A stretch of 64,000 bases of DNA, from the NCBI GenBank assembly GCA_050251055.1, contig JBFWNL010000001.1:1-64000 (forward strand). The letters are read 5' to 3'. The DNA is from Bacteriovoracia bacterium (lineage in GTDB: Bacteria; Bdellovibrionota; UBA1018; JBFWNL01). Below the pieces are notes generated by a model, which worked only from the letters and a program-made list of their open reading frames with translations, was not told where the DNA came from and did not search any database. Positions within the stretch are counted from its first letter, which is position 1, and each line of letters opens with the position of its first letter. A program made the position numbers and the translations under genes. Below are positions 45,242 to 54,554 of the stretch, piece by piece.

Positions 45242-46063
45242 TCACCACCCATACCAGGCGCGGATCATACGATCTTTCGTTTCCCGGCGGTCGTGGGGCT
45301 GGGGAGGCGTGTTCGTTACGGGATCGAGGCTATCGAGCACCCATTTGAGCTGATCCCAAGTCAGCTTGGGATCGCGTGCGCGGACGTAAGCTTCGATCTT
45401 CTGGTTGATCAGGTATCCTTGGCCAAGGCGCTTGATCAGGGCGATCGCATCTTCGGGAGACAGGGTTTTTCCGGCCTCGGACAAAAATAGATCGATGACC
45501 GCGGCCATGATTTCAGCTTTCCGGGAGGAACGGAGGGCATCGATTAGTTTCTGGGTTTCGGCTAGTGATCGCGGGCTCACGTTATAAAAATAATCTTGCA
45601 GGGCCTGATCGCCGGCGGTGGGATCCGGAAACATGCGGCTAATGACGACGGTGGCGTCTAGCGACAGGCTGAGCCTATTTTCGGTGTAGAAGTGGTAGAG
45701 AATGGCGTACTCGACGACGATACGCCCGTAATACAACTTATCGTTGTCGGAGCCGGTTTCACCCTGGGTCTCGGCCAGGGCGTCAAAGAGGATCTTGGTT
45801 TGTTCCCAAGTCAGGGCCTGCTTCAGCCGCAAGAAGCACGAGTACATCACTTCGTTCTGACGAAACAGGCTCTCGAGCGCCGGTACTTTTTGGACGAAGT
45901 CGAGCAGCTCGTCCGTGCTCACCGTCTCGATGGTGACGGGCCGGCCGTTGCGCATCACCTGGGTTTGGGTCGCCTTCGGACAGGCCTGCGCCAGGGGCGC
46001 CAGGAGAAACAGGCCGAGCGCGGCCATACTGGAAACGGAAAATGAGGAATAGGATTTCGTCAT
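45242..46063 (-). CDS. exported helical hypothetical protein
   Basis: Signal ending AQA; LTWEQ/LSPED/LTWDQ helix repeats. Confidence 0.65.
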   Translation of the reverse strand: MTKSYSSFSVSSMAALGLFLLAPLAQACPKATQTQVMRNGRPVTIETVSTDELLDFVQKVPALESLFRQNEVMYSCFLRLKQALTWEQTKILFDALAETQGETGSDNDKLYYGRIVVEYAILYHFYTENRLSLSLDATVVISRMFPDPTAGDQALQDYFYNVSPRSLAETQKLIDALRSSRKAEIMAAVIDLFLSEAGKTLSPEDAIALIKRLGQGYLINQKIEAYVRARDPKLTWDQLKWVLDSLDPVTNTPPQPHDRRETKDRMIRAWYGW

Positions 46064-46188
46064 CGGGGTGGGCCTTTCTAAAACGGTTTAACAATGATGA
46101 CGCGTTAAGTCAAATGTAGGAGGGTTGAAGTTTAAGTATCCAAGAGCAAAATGTCCTTATTAATGAGGAGGGTGGGGCACGTTGGGTT

Positions 46189-46211
46189 AAAAGTACTTTT
46201 CAGTACTTTTC
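46189..46211 (+). promoter_or_regulatory. tandem direct repeat and palindrome, putative operator
   Basis: AGTACTTTTC twice (46192-46211) overlapping palindrome AAAAGTACTTTT, upstream of extended -10 TGtTAGTTT. Confidence 0.5.
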
Positions 46212-46231
46212 GATAGTGTTAGTTTGGATGC

Positions 46232-46705
46232 ATGAAAACGCCCATTCTTCGTCCCGTCCCGGGAAACCCCTTGAAGTTCTTCACCTCCGCCGAAATCGCC
46301 GACGTGCTGAAGATGAACCCGCAGGTGATCAACCGCAAGCTGCAGGCGGGCGAGATCGCCGGTTACAAGCTGGGCAAAGACTGGCGCGTCTCCGAAGTGC
46401 AGCTGCTGGAGTATCTGGAGCGCCATTCGAATCAACGCCGGGCCACGACTCCCGAGGCGCGCGTCGTGGGCACGTTCTTCGAAGGGGAAAGGCTCAAGGC
46501 CATTCCGGTCGCGCGCGCCAAGCGCCTGCCCGTGCTGCGCGAGCTCGTCGCGCGGCTAGAGCGCGGACGCATCTATTCGGAGGCCGAGCTCAGCCGCGTG
46601 CTCGCGCAATGGCACCCAGATGTCGCTACCCTGCGGCGCGAGTTCGTCGCGTGCAAGCTCATGGTGCGCAAGGACGGCAAGTACCGCGTGGTGGGACAAG
46701 TTTAG
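46232..46705 (+). CDS. excisionase-type HTH (HTH_17) plus DUF2087 protein
   Basis: FTSAEIADVL..GEIAGYKLGKDWRV; FFEGERLKAIP..KR, YSEAEL, HPDVATLRREF. Confidence 0.88.
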   Translation: MKTPILRPVPGNPLKFFTSAEIADVLKMNPQVINRKLQAGEIAGYKLGKDWRVSEVQLLEYLERHSNQRRATTPEARVVGTFFEGERLKAIPVARAKRLPVLRELVARLERGRIYSEAELSRVLAQWHPDVATLRREFVACKLMVRKDGKYRVVGQV

Positions 46706-47503
46706 ATGTCGTCAGAATTCTCTCACTTGATCGATCAGGCGATCGACCACTTCAGCATCGCGGGCGCCGATTCCCGCTACACGCGAAACGAGCATATCCG
46801 CCAGATGATTACGCCGTCGGCGCGGCGAGACGGCTTCATGAACATCGTGACGTGGGCTCACGATCCTGCGCGATCACCGGCGGAAATCATAGACGCGGGT
46901 ATCGCTCCGTATCTTGCGAACGGGACGGCTTGCTGGTGGGTGGTGCGCCCGTCCGAGGCCGCCTTGGAGCCCGCGCTCGTGGCCCGTGGATTTCTGCTCG
47001 ACCATGAAGCTTACGGTCTGGTGATCGGAACCGATGCTGGCCCGTCGGACTTCGCCCCGGGCGTGACGGTGGAAGAACTGGGCGAGTCCAATTTAGAAGA
47101 TTATATCTCGGTCTGGGCGACACCCGCGACGAATCGCGAGCCCATTCGGCAGTATCTACGCGAGGTGATGGAGCGTGAACGAGGCAAGCTCAGCTGCTTT
47201 CTCGCCCGTTATGAGGGAACGCCCGCCGGCGCCGGCGTCGTGGATCGCTTGCCTGGTTTCGGAAACTTAGGCAGCGCGTTCGTGCGCGAAGAATTCCGCC
47301 GCCGGGGGATCTACCGATCGCTCGTGGCCCATCGGCTGGGCGTCCTCCGCGCCGAATCCATTCCGGTGGGCGTGGTCTTAGCGAAGCAGGCGACTTCGGG
47401 ACCGATCTTGAAGCGGATCGGCTTTCGCGTGGTTTCGGAGTTCAAAGTTTTCGCGCGTCCCGCGGGTTTTTCGCCGCCGGCTGGGTCGCCGCTATCGCAG
47501 TAA
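46706..47503 (+). CDS. GNAT family acetyltransferase
   Basis: VREEFRRRGIYRSL motif A; SGPILKRIGF. Confidence 0.85.
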   Translation: MSSEFSHLIDQAIDHFSIAGADSRYTRNEHIRQMITPSARRDGFMNIVTWAHDPARSPAEIIDAGIAPYLANGTACWWVVRPSEAALEPALVARGFLLDHEAYGLVIGTDAGPSDFAPGVTVEELGESNLEDYISVWATPATNREPIRQYLREVMERERGKLSCFLARYEGTPAGAGVVDRLPGFGNLGSAFVREEFRRRGIYRSLVAHRLGVLRAESIPVGVVLAKQATSGPILKRIGFRVVSEFKVFARPAGFSPPAGSPLSQ

Positions 47504-47513
47504 CCCGCCGCGC

Positions 47514-47858
47514 CTAGTTTTCCACGAACGGCCCGACGTTGCAGTTGCTGCGGGCGGAATCGGTGCTCCACGCCGAAACTCCACTGCCGGTGCTGTAGTA
47601 GCGCACGGCTTTGGAACCATCGTTGAAAAAGCAGCTCCCTACGCGGTTTGCCGTAGGGCACAGCGAGGTCGAATAGGTACCCTGCTCATGCACCGAGCAG
47701 TTTCGGCTGATCTCGGTATCGGAAGCCGGGTAATCGTAACAAATCGCATCCTCGGCAACATTGCAGCTCTGCGTGAACACGGTGTCGGTGACCGAGTTGC
47801 AGCCATTAAAAACACACCACCCCAAAGTAAAAACCGGTAACTGTGGCCATTTCTTCAT
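47514..47858 (-). CDS. small Cys-rich lipoprotein-like protein
   Basis: FNGC lipobox-like; CYDY, GTYSTSLCPTANRVGSC, VRYY. Confidence 0.7.
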   Translation of the reverse strand: MKKWPQLPVFTLGWCVFNGCNSVTDTVFTQSCNVAEDAICYDYPASDTEISRNCSVHEQGTYSTSLCPTANRVGSCFFNDGSKAVRYYSTGSGVSAWSTDSARSNCNVGPFVEN

Positions 47859-47996
47859 GTTCTCAGTATGGCGGTAGTCGGGCCCGGGCTCAATAAAACG
47901 GAGCTAAGCGGCCCAGTTCGTGTGTGCGGGTGTGGGCTGGGCTCGAAAACCATTGGGGATTTAGTATTTCCGGGGGGAAGTGATAGAGTGAGGCTT

Positions 47997-48383
47997 ATGA
48001 AATTTGGCTACACGCTTTTGTATGTAAATGATGTCGAGCGCGCGCAGAACTTCTACGCGGCGGCGTTTGGGCTCGCGAAGGGATTTTTGCACGAGAGCAA
48101 GCAATACGGCGAAATGGTCACGGGCGAAACGAAGCTGGGTTTTGTTCACCACGAAACGGCGGGTTCGCACGGATTTGAGTACATGAAGGCGGATCCGGCC
48201 TCGCGGGCGTTTGGGATTGAGCTGGGGCTCGTGACTCCCGACGTGGCCGGCGCGTTCGCGCAGGCGGTGAAGGCGGGGGCGGTCGCGGTGAGTGCGCCTA
48301 AGACTAAGCCTTGGGGGCAGACCGTGGCTTACGTGCGGGACTGCTTTGGATTCTTGGTCGAGATCTGCTCGCCAATGGGGTGA
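47997..48383 (+). CDS. VOC/glyoxalase family protein
   Basis: MKFGYTLLYVNDV, FYAAAFG, KPWGQTVAYVRD, LVEICSP. Confidence 0.92.
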   Translation: MKFGYTLLYVNDVERAQNFYAAAFGLAKGFLHESKQYGEMVTGETKLGFVHHETAGSHGFEYMKADPASRAFGIELGLVTPDVAGAFAQAVKAGAVAVSAPKTKPWGQTVAYVRDCFGFLVEICSPMG

Positions 48384-48406
48384 CGGGGTTCGGGTGGTAG
48401 AGTTTA

Positions 48407-49033
48407 CTAAGCTTGATCATCTGGGCAGTACATGAGTTTGACTTTGCCATGTTTTTTCATGAGCTCTTCGGTGAGGTAGGCGTATACTTTCGGGTAGATG
48501 ATGCTTCGAGCGTCTTGCCATGCAAATATTTTATCGGCAATTGGGCATATGGTCTTCAAGTCGACTAGTCCTTGATCTAACAAAGCAACAATATCTTGTT
48601 TGTCCCGTTTTCTAGGAGGAGTGGAAAACGCAGAAAATAGTTTGGAAGCCGCCACATGATTGGGCTCGAGGAATGTAACCGATAGGTGAGCATAAGGGAT
48701 ACCCAGCGGCACCCAGTTAGGCTCGGCAGGCAAGAAGGGTACTGCAGGTTCTACGAATTGTAGAAAGTAACCGTAAGTCTTCATTCGTGCCTGACCAAAC
48801 TCTGCTTCTAAGGTTTTGATGATGTTTGCATTTGATTCGGGAGTGGGCTGGCCATCTACGCGTAGTAGATCGATGTCTACCGTGCCAACAGAGTCCTGAA
48901 GGCCGGCGAGCATCAGCGCGCTTTTGCCAAAAATCTTAAGCTCAAACTTCTGGCCTTGCAGCTCGGACTGACAGTGTTTTTTTAGGTGGTCATCTATCTT
49001 TCCAAGAAACTCGATAACATCATTTCTTTGCAT
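48407..49033 (-). CDS. nucleotidyltransferase, DUF6036/AbiEii-like, putative toxin
   Basis: IFGKSALML...GTVDIDL; SKL...RKRDKQDI; AT-richer than flanks; overlaps the HTH gene. Confidence 0.75.
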   Translation of the reverse strand: MQRNDVIEFLGKIDDHLKKHCQSELQGQKFELKIFGKSALMLAGLQDSVGTVDIDLLRVDGQPTPESNANIIKTLEAEFGQARMKTYGYFLQFVEPAVPFLPAEPNWVPLGIPYAHLSVTFLEPNHVAASKLFSAFSTPPRKRDKQDIVALLDQGLVDLKTICPIADKIFAWQDARSIIYPKVYAYLTEELMKKHGKVKLMYCPDDQA

Positions 49034-49715
49034 GCAAGCAATCCTTTACGAACGAAGCTAAGCCGCTAATTTCGGAAGGAGATGGGCTTGCCGTTCCTCT
49101 CGCGCTAACTCCTAATAAGTTTTTAGCTACAGTCAAAATTTGTTCTAACTGAAGCGTCGCGCGAGGTAAGATAAACTCTTCATCTCGGTTAAGAATTTTG
49201 ACGATTTTAAGACAGATCAAAACCTCGTCGATAATTCTCCCCACTAAGAAGGGATTATTGCCGATTAGCGCAAAAATGCGATCGACATTAATTTCCTTCG
49301 TCGCGGCCTGGCGGATAAGCGCGGCACAAAATCCTTGGTGTAGACGTTCGTCTTCGATGAAGCCAAGCGCCTGGCTTAAGACTTCTTCGAAAGGCTTCTC
49401 CTTCAAGGAGATTCCCGGGGGTTTAGCTAAGTGATTGGCTCCGTAATGAACGAGTTGGCGAATCAAATCTCTAGAGTCCGATGCGTCCTCAGATTTATCT
49501 AATCCTCGAAAAAACTCGATAACGGGAACATCGAGGCGTCTAGCTAAGACGGCAATATCACGCGCGGAGAGGACCCCTTTGCAGTGCTCTATATAAGAAA
49601 CCTTTGCTTGGGACACCCCAAGTACTTTGGCTAGATCAGTGGTGGTTAGCCCTTTGCTCCGGCGAATAGCCTTAAGATTCTTACTGAGGGTTTTGCTGAT
49701 TAGGTCCTTATCCAT
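49020..49715 (-). CDS. XRE-family HTH protein with helical C-terminal domain, putative antitoxin
   Basis: NLKAIRRSKGLTTTDLAKVLGVSQAKVSYIE...RLDVPVIEFF. Confidence 0.85.
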   Translation of the reverse strand: MDKDLISKTLSKNLKAIRRSKGLTTTDLAKVLGVSQAKVSYIEHCKGVLSARDIAVLARRLDVPVIEFFRGLDKSEDASDSRDLIRQLVHYGANHLAKPPGISLKEKPFEEVLSQALGFIEDERLHQGFCAALIRQAATKEINVDRIFALIGNNPFLVGRIIDEVLICLKIVKILNRDEEFILPRATLQLEQILTVAKNLLGVSARGTASPSPSEISGLASFVKDCLHAKK

Positions 49716-49724
49716 ATCCTACCA

Positions 49725-49761
49725 ATTATACACTAATACATAAAATATGCAATAATGCATA
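49725..49761 (-). promoter_or_regulatory. sigma70 promoter with overlapping palindromic operator
   Basis: TTGCAT-16 bp-TATAAT; TATGCA-N4-TGCATA at 49746-49761 covers the -35. Confidence 0.6.
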
Positions 49762-49896
49762 ATCGACATATAAGTATCTAATCTTTATAGTTAAATTCCT
49801 GTCTATCGCATTTACCCTGACTGCCTTAAGTGCTTAAAGTTAATAGCTATTTTGCAAGTAGCGCGACTTCTGAGAAAGGGTGTTAGTCTTCCTTAA

Positions 49897-50556
49897 ATGA
49901 AGCGCGTTCTTTGTTTCGGCGATTCCAACACCTGGGGCTACATCCCCGGCACGGGTCTGCGCTACGACCCCGACACGCGCTGGACGGGCGTGCTGCAAAA
50001 GCTCTTGGGCCCGCAGTATCTCATTATTGAAGAAGGACTCAACGGCCGCACCACGATCTCCGACTACCGCGAGCGCGAGGGCCGTCACGGCGCGCGCTAC
50101 TTGGTACCGTGCCTGGATTCCCATTATCCGCTCGATGTCGTGATCCTCTGCCTGGGGACGAACGACGCTAAGGCCGAGTTTGGGCTCAGCGCCGAGCGTA
50201 TCGCGCAGGGCATGGAAGAATTAATTCAAACGGTGCGTGGGCATAGACCAGGGTGGGGACGCGGGGTGGAGATTCCCTCGCAAAATGCCCGGCTGATCGT
50301 GATGGCGCCGGTCGTGGTGCGCGAAGCGCATATAGGAGATTACGCCGAGCTCGTGGGGGCGGAGGCGAAGACGTTACGGCTAGGGGAGCTGTATCGCGCG
50401 CTCGCCACGAAGTACGACGCCGCGTTTTTGGATTTAGCGCAGGTGACCGAGCCCAGTGACATCGACGGCTGTCATTTAGACGAGCTCGGGCACGCGGCGG
50501 TGGCGGAAGAGCTGGTGGCCGTGGTGAAGGGTTCGCCCCTGCGTACCGGTAACTAA
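49897..50556 (+). CDS. SGNH/GDSL hydrolase
   Basis: FGDSNTWG, EEGLNGRTT, LGTND, DGCH. Confidence 0.95.
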   Translation: MKRVLCFGDSNTWGYIPGTGLRYDPDTRWTGVLQKLLGPQYLIIEEGLNGRTTISDYREREGRHGARYLVPCLDSHYPLDVVILCLGTNDAKAEFGLSAERIAQGMEELIQTVRGHRPGWGRGVEIPSQNARLIVMAPVVVREAHIGDYAELVGAEAKTLRLGELYRALATKYDAAFLDLAQVTEPSDIDGCHLDELGHAAVAEELVAVVKGSPLRTGN

Positions 50557-50688
50557 CCGCGATGGACTCCTCTATCGAGGCAGGGCTGGGTGTGTCGCCT
50601 TAGACACATGAAAATTAGAGGGGAAACGGTTTGAGTGTAAGAAACCTCCGGATCGGCCGTTTGATTTCATGGGGCATGCGCCTCGTGC

Positions 50689-52008
50689 ATGAAGGATTTG
50701 GGACCAATAAAACTCGGCATCGCTCTTCTTTGTTTCCTGAGTGGTTGCACTACTGGGTGCGTGCGACCGGAGGTTTTTTCAGACAGCGATAGCATCACCC
50801 TCACGCGCACGACATTTTCCGTCGAGCAAGACCGAAGCGTGGAGTTGAATATCGGGGCGATCGCTTCCGATTCGGCGCAGATCCTTAGCTATCAATGGCG
50901 TCAGAAGAGCGGGGCGATGGTGAATTTATCGGATACGGCGGTCGCCGCACCGTTGGTCACCGCACCGGATGCGGGGGCGGCCGTCGCGATACTCGAAGTG
51001 ACGATTCAAGCCAGCGATTCAGCGGGTGTTTCCGCCACCACAGTCCAAGAGATCTCCGTTCACATAGAGGCGGAGCCTACGCTGCGAGGCCCTTTTTCGG
51101 GCCTGACTCTATCCCGCGTGGAGAATCAGCCGGACGCTACGATTTCCGACGGTATATTTGGGCCGAGCTCTCCCAGCTCCCCGCTATCGTACAGAACCCT
51201 GACTTTGGCGGGAACCCTGAATGGATCGACGGATCACAAGGTGTTTGTTCGTTGCGACGAGCTCGTGATTACTTCTTCCACAAGCATTACCGCTCAGGGG
51301 GCCGATGGGACGGCAGGGGGAAATAACTCAGGCGGTGCGGGAGGGACGGGCGCCTCGGGCGGAGGCGGAGGTGGCGGGTCGCTGTCCCATGTGGCGGCCA
51401 CCTGCGCGGTAATGGGAGCGTGCGGAGCGAACTGCGGCGGCGCCGGTGGCAGCGGAAACTCCGGGTACAATGGCACGAATAGCAATGGATCGAGCGTCGC
51501 AGCACTCGGAGGCGTTGCCACCGGAGGCAGCGGTGGGCTTCCTCTGGGGGGTTCCGGTGGAGTCGGTGGGACGGGCACCGCATCTTCTTGTTTAACGAAC
51601 ACCCAGGCTGGCGGCGCGCCCGTTGCGGGCGGCGGTGGCGGCGGTGGAGGTGGAGGCGGAGACAGCATCAACAGTACGTACTCGAACGGGGGCGGGGGTG
51701 GCGGGGGCGGGGGTGCGATCGTCATCGCTTGCAATCGGATTACCGTTCAGGGAGGCGCTTCGAACGCGCTTCTTTATGCGGCCGGCGGATCGGGAGGGGA
51801 TCAAGCCACTACGGCGGGCTCGGGCGGCGGCGGCGGTGGAGGTGTCGTGTTAGTTTACTCAGGCAGCTATTCCGCAAATGCATTGGCTGCCGATGCGTCC
51901 GGTGGCGGGTGTGGCGCGTGTAGTGGAGGTGCCTCGCCCGGTTCGGTGGGCACTACACGTATTTACGACTTTACCGACACCCTGCGGTCATTTGCCTCGT
52001 CTTGGTAG
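50689..52008 (+). CDS. lipoprotein, Ig/PKD-like domain plus glycine-rich domain (paralog 1)
   Basis: LSGC/TGCVRPEVFSD; YQWRQKSG..VTAPD; G7-11 runs flanking AIVIACNRI. Confidence 0.8.
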   Translation: MKDLGPIKLGIALLCFLSGCTTGCVRPEVFSDSDSITLTRTTFSVEQDRSVELNIGAIASDSAQILSYQWRQKSGAMVNLSDTAVAAPLVTAPDAGAAVAILEVTIQASDSAGVSATTVQEISVHIEAEPTLRGPFSGLTLSRVENQPDATISDGIFGPSSPSSPLSYRTLTLAGTLNGSTDHKVFVRCDELVITSSTSITAQGADGTAGGNNSGGAGGTGASGGGGGGGSLSHVAATCAVMGACGANCGGAGGSGNSGYNGTNSNGSSVAALGGVATGGSGGLPLGGSGGVGGTGTASSCLTNTQAGGAPVAGGGGGGGGGGGDSINSTYSNGGGGGGGGGAIVIACNRITVQGGASNALLYAAGGSGGDQATTAGSGGGGGGGVVLVYSGSYSANALAADASGGGCGACSGGASPGSVGTTRIYDFTDTLRSFASSW

Positions 52009-52078
52009 GGTGGGTAATAGATAAGTAATATTAGGAAGTTAAAAGTCATGATATCCTAAGTGAGAGGACGAGGAAGAC

Positions 52079-53359
52079 ATGTTTGGCCGGACTCTCTTAG
52101 CTCTCGCTTTGGGCACCCTTGTGGCATCCGCCACCGGGTGCGTGCGCCCAGAAGTCTTCTCCGATCTGGACACCATTTCTTTCAATCAAACTACGTTCTC
52201 TGTCGAGCAGGCGCGCACCACGACTTTAAATGTTGGCGCCAGCGTCAGTAACCCTGCTTTGACGTTGAGCTATAGTTGGCGCCAGGTGAGTGGAGCTAAC
52301 GTTACGCTTTCGGATACTACGAGCGCGGCTCCCACCGTTACGGCGCCCGACGCAGGAGCAGCCAGCGCGATTTTGGAAGTAACCGTGACCGCCAGCGACG
52401 CCGCAGGCGTTTCGGCAACGTCAGCCAAACAAGTTACCGTGAACATCACAGCCGAACCCACGCTGGCGGTAGGTCCCTTCGTCGGGTTAGCGTTGGGTCG
52501 GGTAGAGAATCTAAGCGACGGCACCCTTTCGGACGGTACCTTGGGCGCGAGCACGGTGACCGCGCCGCTCTCCTATCGGACGCTCACCGTCAGCGGCACC
52601 GTAAACTCCGTGACCAACTATCGGGGTTTTATTCGTTGTGATGAGTTAGTGATTGCTTCGAATCACGAAGTCGATTTTTACGGCGGCAACGGGGAGGCGG
52701 AAGCCTTGGGATCCGTCGGCGGCAACGGGGCGTCCGGCGGGGGCGGCGGCGGTGGGAAAATTTCCGCATCCGTCGGCGGGGGCGGCGGAAATTGCGGAGG
52801 AGCCGGCGGAAGCGGTGGTTCGGGCAATGTGGGTTTGAATACCACCGGCGCAACCTCTGGCACGGCCGGTACCGGTGTGGCGGCAAGTACGATCATCTCT
52901 TCCGGCGGCGCGGGAGGAAACGCCGGCGTAGGTACCTCCACGGTTTGCGCGCCGGGAAGTAACACGGGCGGCGCGGGAGTTCGAGGTGGTGGCGGCGGCG
53001 GCGGCGGTGGTGGCGGAGACAACCGAACCGGTGGCGGAACTTCTAAGGGCGGCGGCGGCGGCGGTGGCGGCGGCGCGCTCGTGATCGTTTGCAATCGGAT
53101 CACTTTGGCGGGCGCATTTGTTTCCACTCTCTACGGGATCGGCGGAAACGGCGGCGCGGGGGCTGGCGAAGGTTCCGGGGGCGGCGGCGGCGGTGGCGGC
53201 GTGATCTTGATTTATACCGGTCAACATACGGCCAACACATTTGACCCGTACGTGACTGGCGGAAGCGGCGGCGCGCCGAGCGGTAGCAACGGCTCGGACG
53301 GCGTGGCGAAGATCTATGACTTGAACGGCACCGAGCGGGCCTTTAACTCCAGCTGGTAG
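52079..53359 (+). CDS. lipoprotein, Ig/PKD-like domain plus glycine-rich domain (paralog 2)
   Basis: ATGCVRPEVFSD; YSWRQVSG..VTAPD; same architecture; C-terminus KIYDLNGTERAFNSSW. Confidence 0.8.
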   Translation: MFGRTLLALALGTLVASATGCVRPEVFSDLDTISFNQTTFSVEQARTTTLNVGASVSNPALTLSYSWRQVSGANVTLSDTTSAAPTVTAPDAGAASAILEVTVTASDAAGVSATSAKQVTVNITAEPTLAVGPFVGLALGRVENLSDGTLSDGTLGASTVTAPLSYRTLTVSGTVNSVTNYRGFIRCDELVIASNHEVDFYGGNGEAEALGSVGGNGASGGGGGGGKISASVGGGGGNCGGAGGSGGSGNVGLNTTGATSGTAGTGVAASTIISSGGAGGNAGVGTSTVCAPGSNTGGAGVRGGGGGGGGGGGDNRTGGGTSKGGGGGGGGGALVIVCNRITLAGAFVSTLYGIGGNGGAGAGEGSGGGGGGGGVILIYTGQHTANTFDPYVTGGSGGAPSGSNGSDGVAKIYDLNGTERAFNSSW

Positions 53360-53381
53360 CTTCGGCGTCGAATCACGCCCG

Positions 53382-54554
53382 TCAAAGGTAAATGGAAAAA
53401 AATAAATGCAGTAGGCGGCTACCGACCGTGACGGTGGGCAGCGGGACTTGCAGGGAGCGGATTTCGAATCCGACGCTCAGGGGTGGGCCCTGCCGTCGCG
53501 TCCAAGCCAGGGTGGCACCGCCGCCAATCTCTCGGTTCTCGATGGGGAGCAGGGAAAACCCATCGCCCGCCACTGGCGAGAACTGAGCGAACATTTCCAA
53601 TGAATAACGTCCGGATTGATACGTCACGACGGGATAGAGCTGGGGCCCCATGGTTAGGCCGTACCCGAAGCGACTATTTTGGGTCATCGTGGACAGGAAA
53701 AACCCGACGTGAGGGACTAGCTTCCACTTTTCTCCCAAGCGTATGCCCAGGTCGTAACCGAAGTGAATCGCCGCGTGGAAAAAAGTCATCGCGCGGCTGG
53801 CGTCCGAGCGAGTGAGGGCCAACGCCGAGTACGTGCAGGTGGCGCCGACCGACCAGCGCCGTTCGGTCGGCTGGTAAACCAGCCAAGGCATGAGCATCAA
53901 GGAAAGCTGGGTGGAGTCGCCTAGCCTTGAATCCAGGTATTGCACGGAAGTGAGACCGACACGCGGCTCAAAGTGAATGGGCTTGCGCTCGAAAGTTGGG
54001 TGAGGGGTCACGACCAACGACTCGCCCGGTGCCGAGGGCGCCTCCTCCTTCGAAGGTGCCGCCGGCTCTGGAGTTTCGGTAACCGAGGTTTGCTCGGGTT
54101 CAGGCGCCTGGGTAGGGGCCGGCGTTGCGGAGGGTTCCGGTTCTTTATCCGCTAACGGAACCGGGGAGGGGGTGACAAAGAAAGCCAGGTCGTAGCCTTC
54201 CACGTCGCCCGTTTGGCTCACTTGCAGGAATTTCAACGATGCCCGCTGGTTCTCGAAGGGAAAACGAATTTCAAACGCGCTTATGGCTTGGCTCTGGGAG
54301 ACGGTCTTTAACACCTGGAAGTCCCCGGAGTTCACCCGCACCATGAGCCGCTTGCTGCGCGACCCGTATTCCCCCGGCAGATTGCCCTCCAGGGTTGCCT
54401 CGCCCGACTTCACGGTCAGGGATTCGAAATCGATTTTCAGTTCCTTAAAAGGGACGCCGCTGGACTTAATTTCCACGGGTTGGGTGTTCGCCGCCCAGGT
54501 TTCGATCGGGAGACACCCTATAGCAAACGCAAAGAATAGCCTCGGCCAGGTCAT
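53382..54554 (-). CDS. exported protein: beta domain, Pro-rich linker, probable C-terminal outer-membrane beta-barrel
   Basis: Signal; PEP/TPAP linker; alternating strands ending LFFSIYL; ATGA coupling. Confidence 0.6.
   Translation of the reverse strand: MTWPRLFFAFAIGCLPIETWAANTQPVEIKSSGVPFKELKIDFESLTVKSGEATLEGNLPGEYGSRSKRLMVRVNSGDFQVLKTVSQSQAISAFEIRFPFENQRASLKFLQVSQTGDVEGYDLAFFVTPSPVPLADKEPEPSATPAPTQAPEPEQTSVTETPEPAAPSKEEAPSAPGESLVVTPHPTFERKPIHFEPRVGLTSVQYLDSRLGDSTQLSLMLMPWLVYQPTERRWSVGATCTYSALALTRSDASRAMTFFHAAIHFGYDLGIRLGEKWKLVPHVGFFLSTMTQNSRFGYGLTMGPQLYPVVTYQSGRYSLEMFAQFSPVAGDGFSLLPIENREIGGGATLAWTRRQGPPLSVGFEIRSLQVPLPTVTVGSRLLHLFFSIYL

Noticed and set aside
46232-49715. Prophage or integrative element suggested by excisionase-like and XRE HTH genes
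   Set aside because: No integrase, structural or replication genes, and no att-like repeats seen.
51290-53200. GGC/GGT runs as microsatellites, PE-PGRS or collagen; poly-Pro antisense ORFs
   Set aside because: The runs are in-frame poly-Gly with mixed codons, with no PE domain or Gly-X-Y period; the Pro-rich ORFs are their reverse complements.
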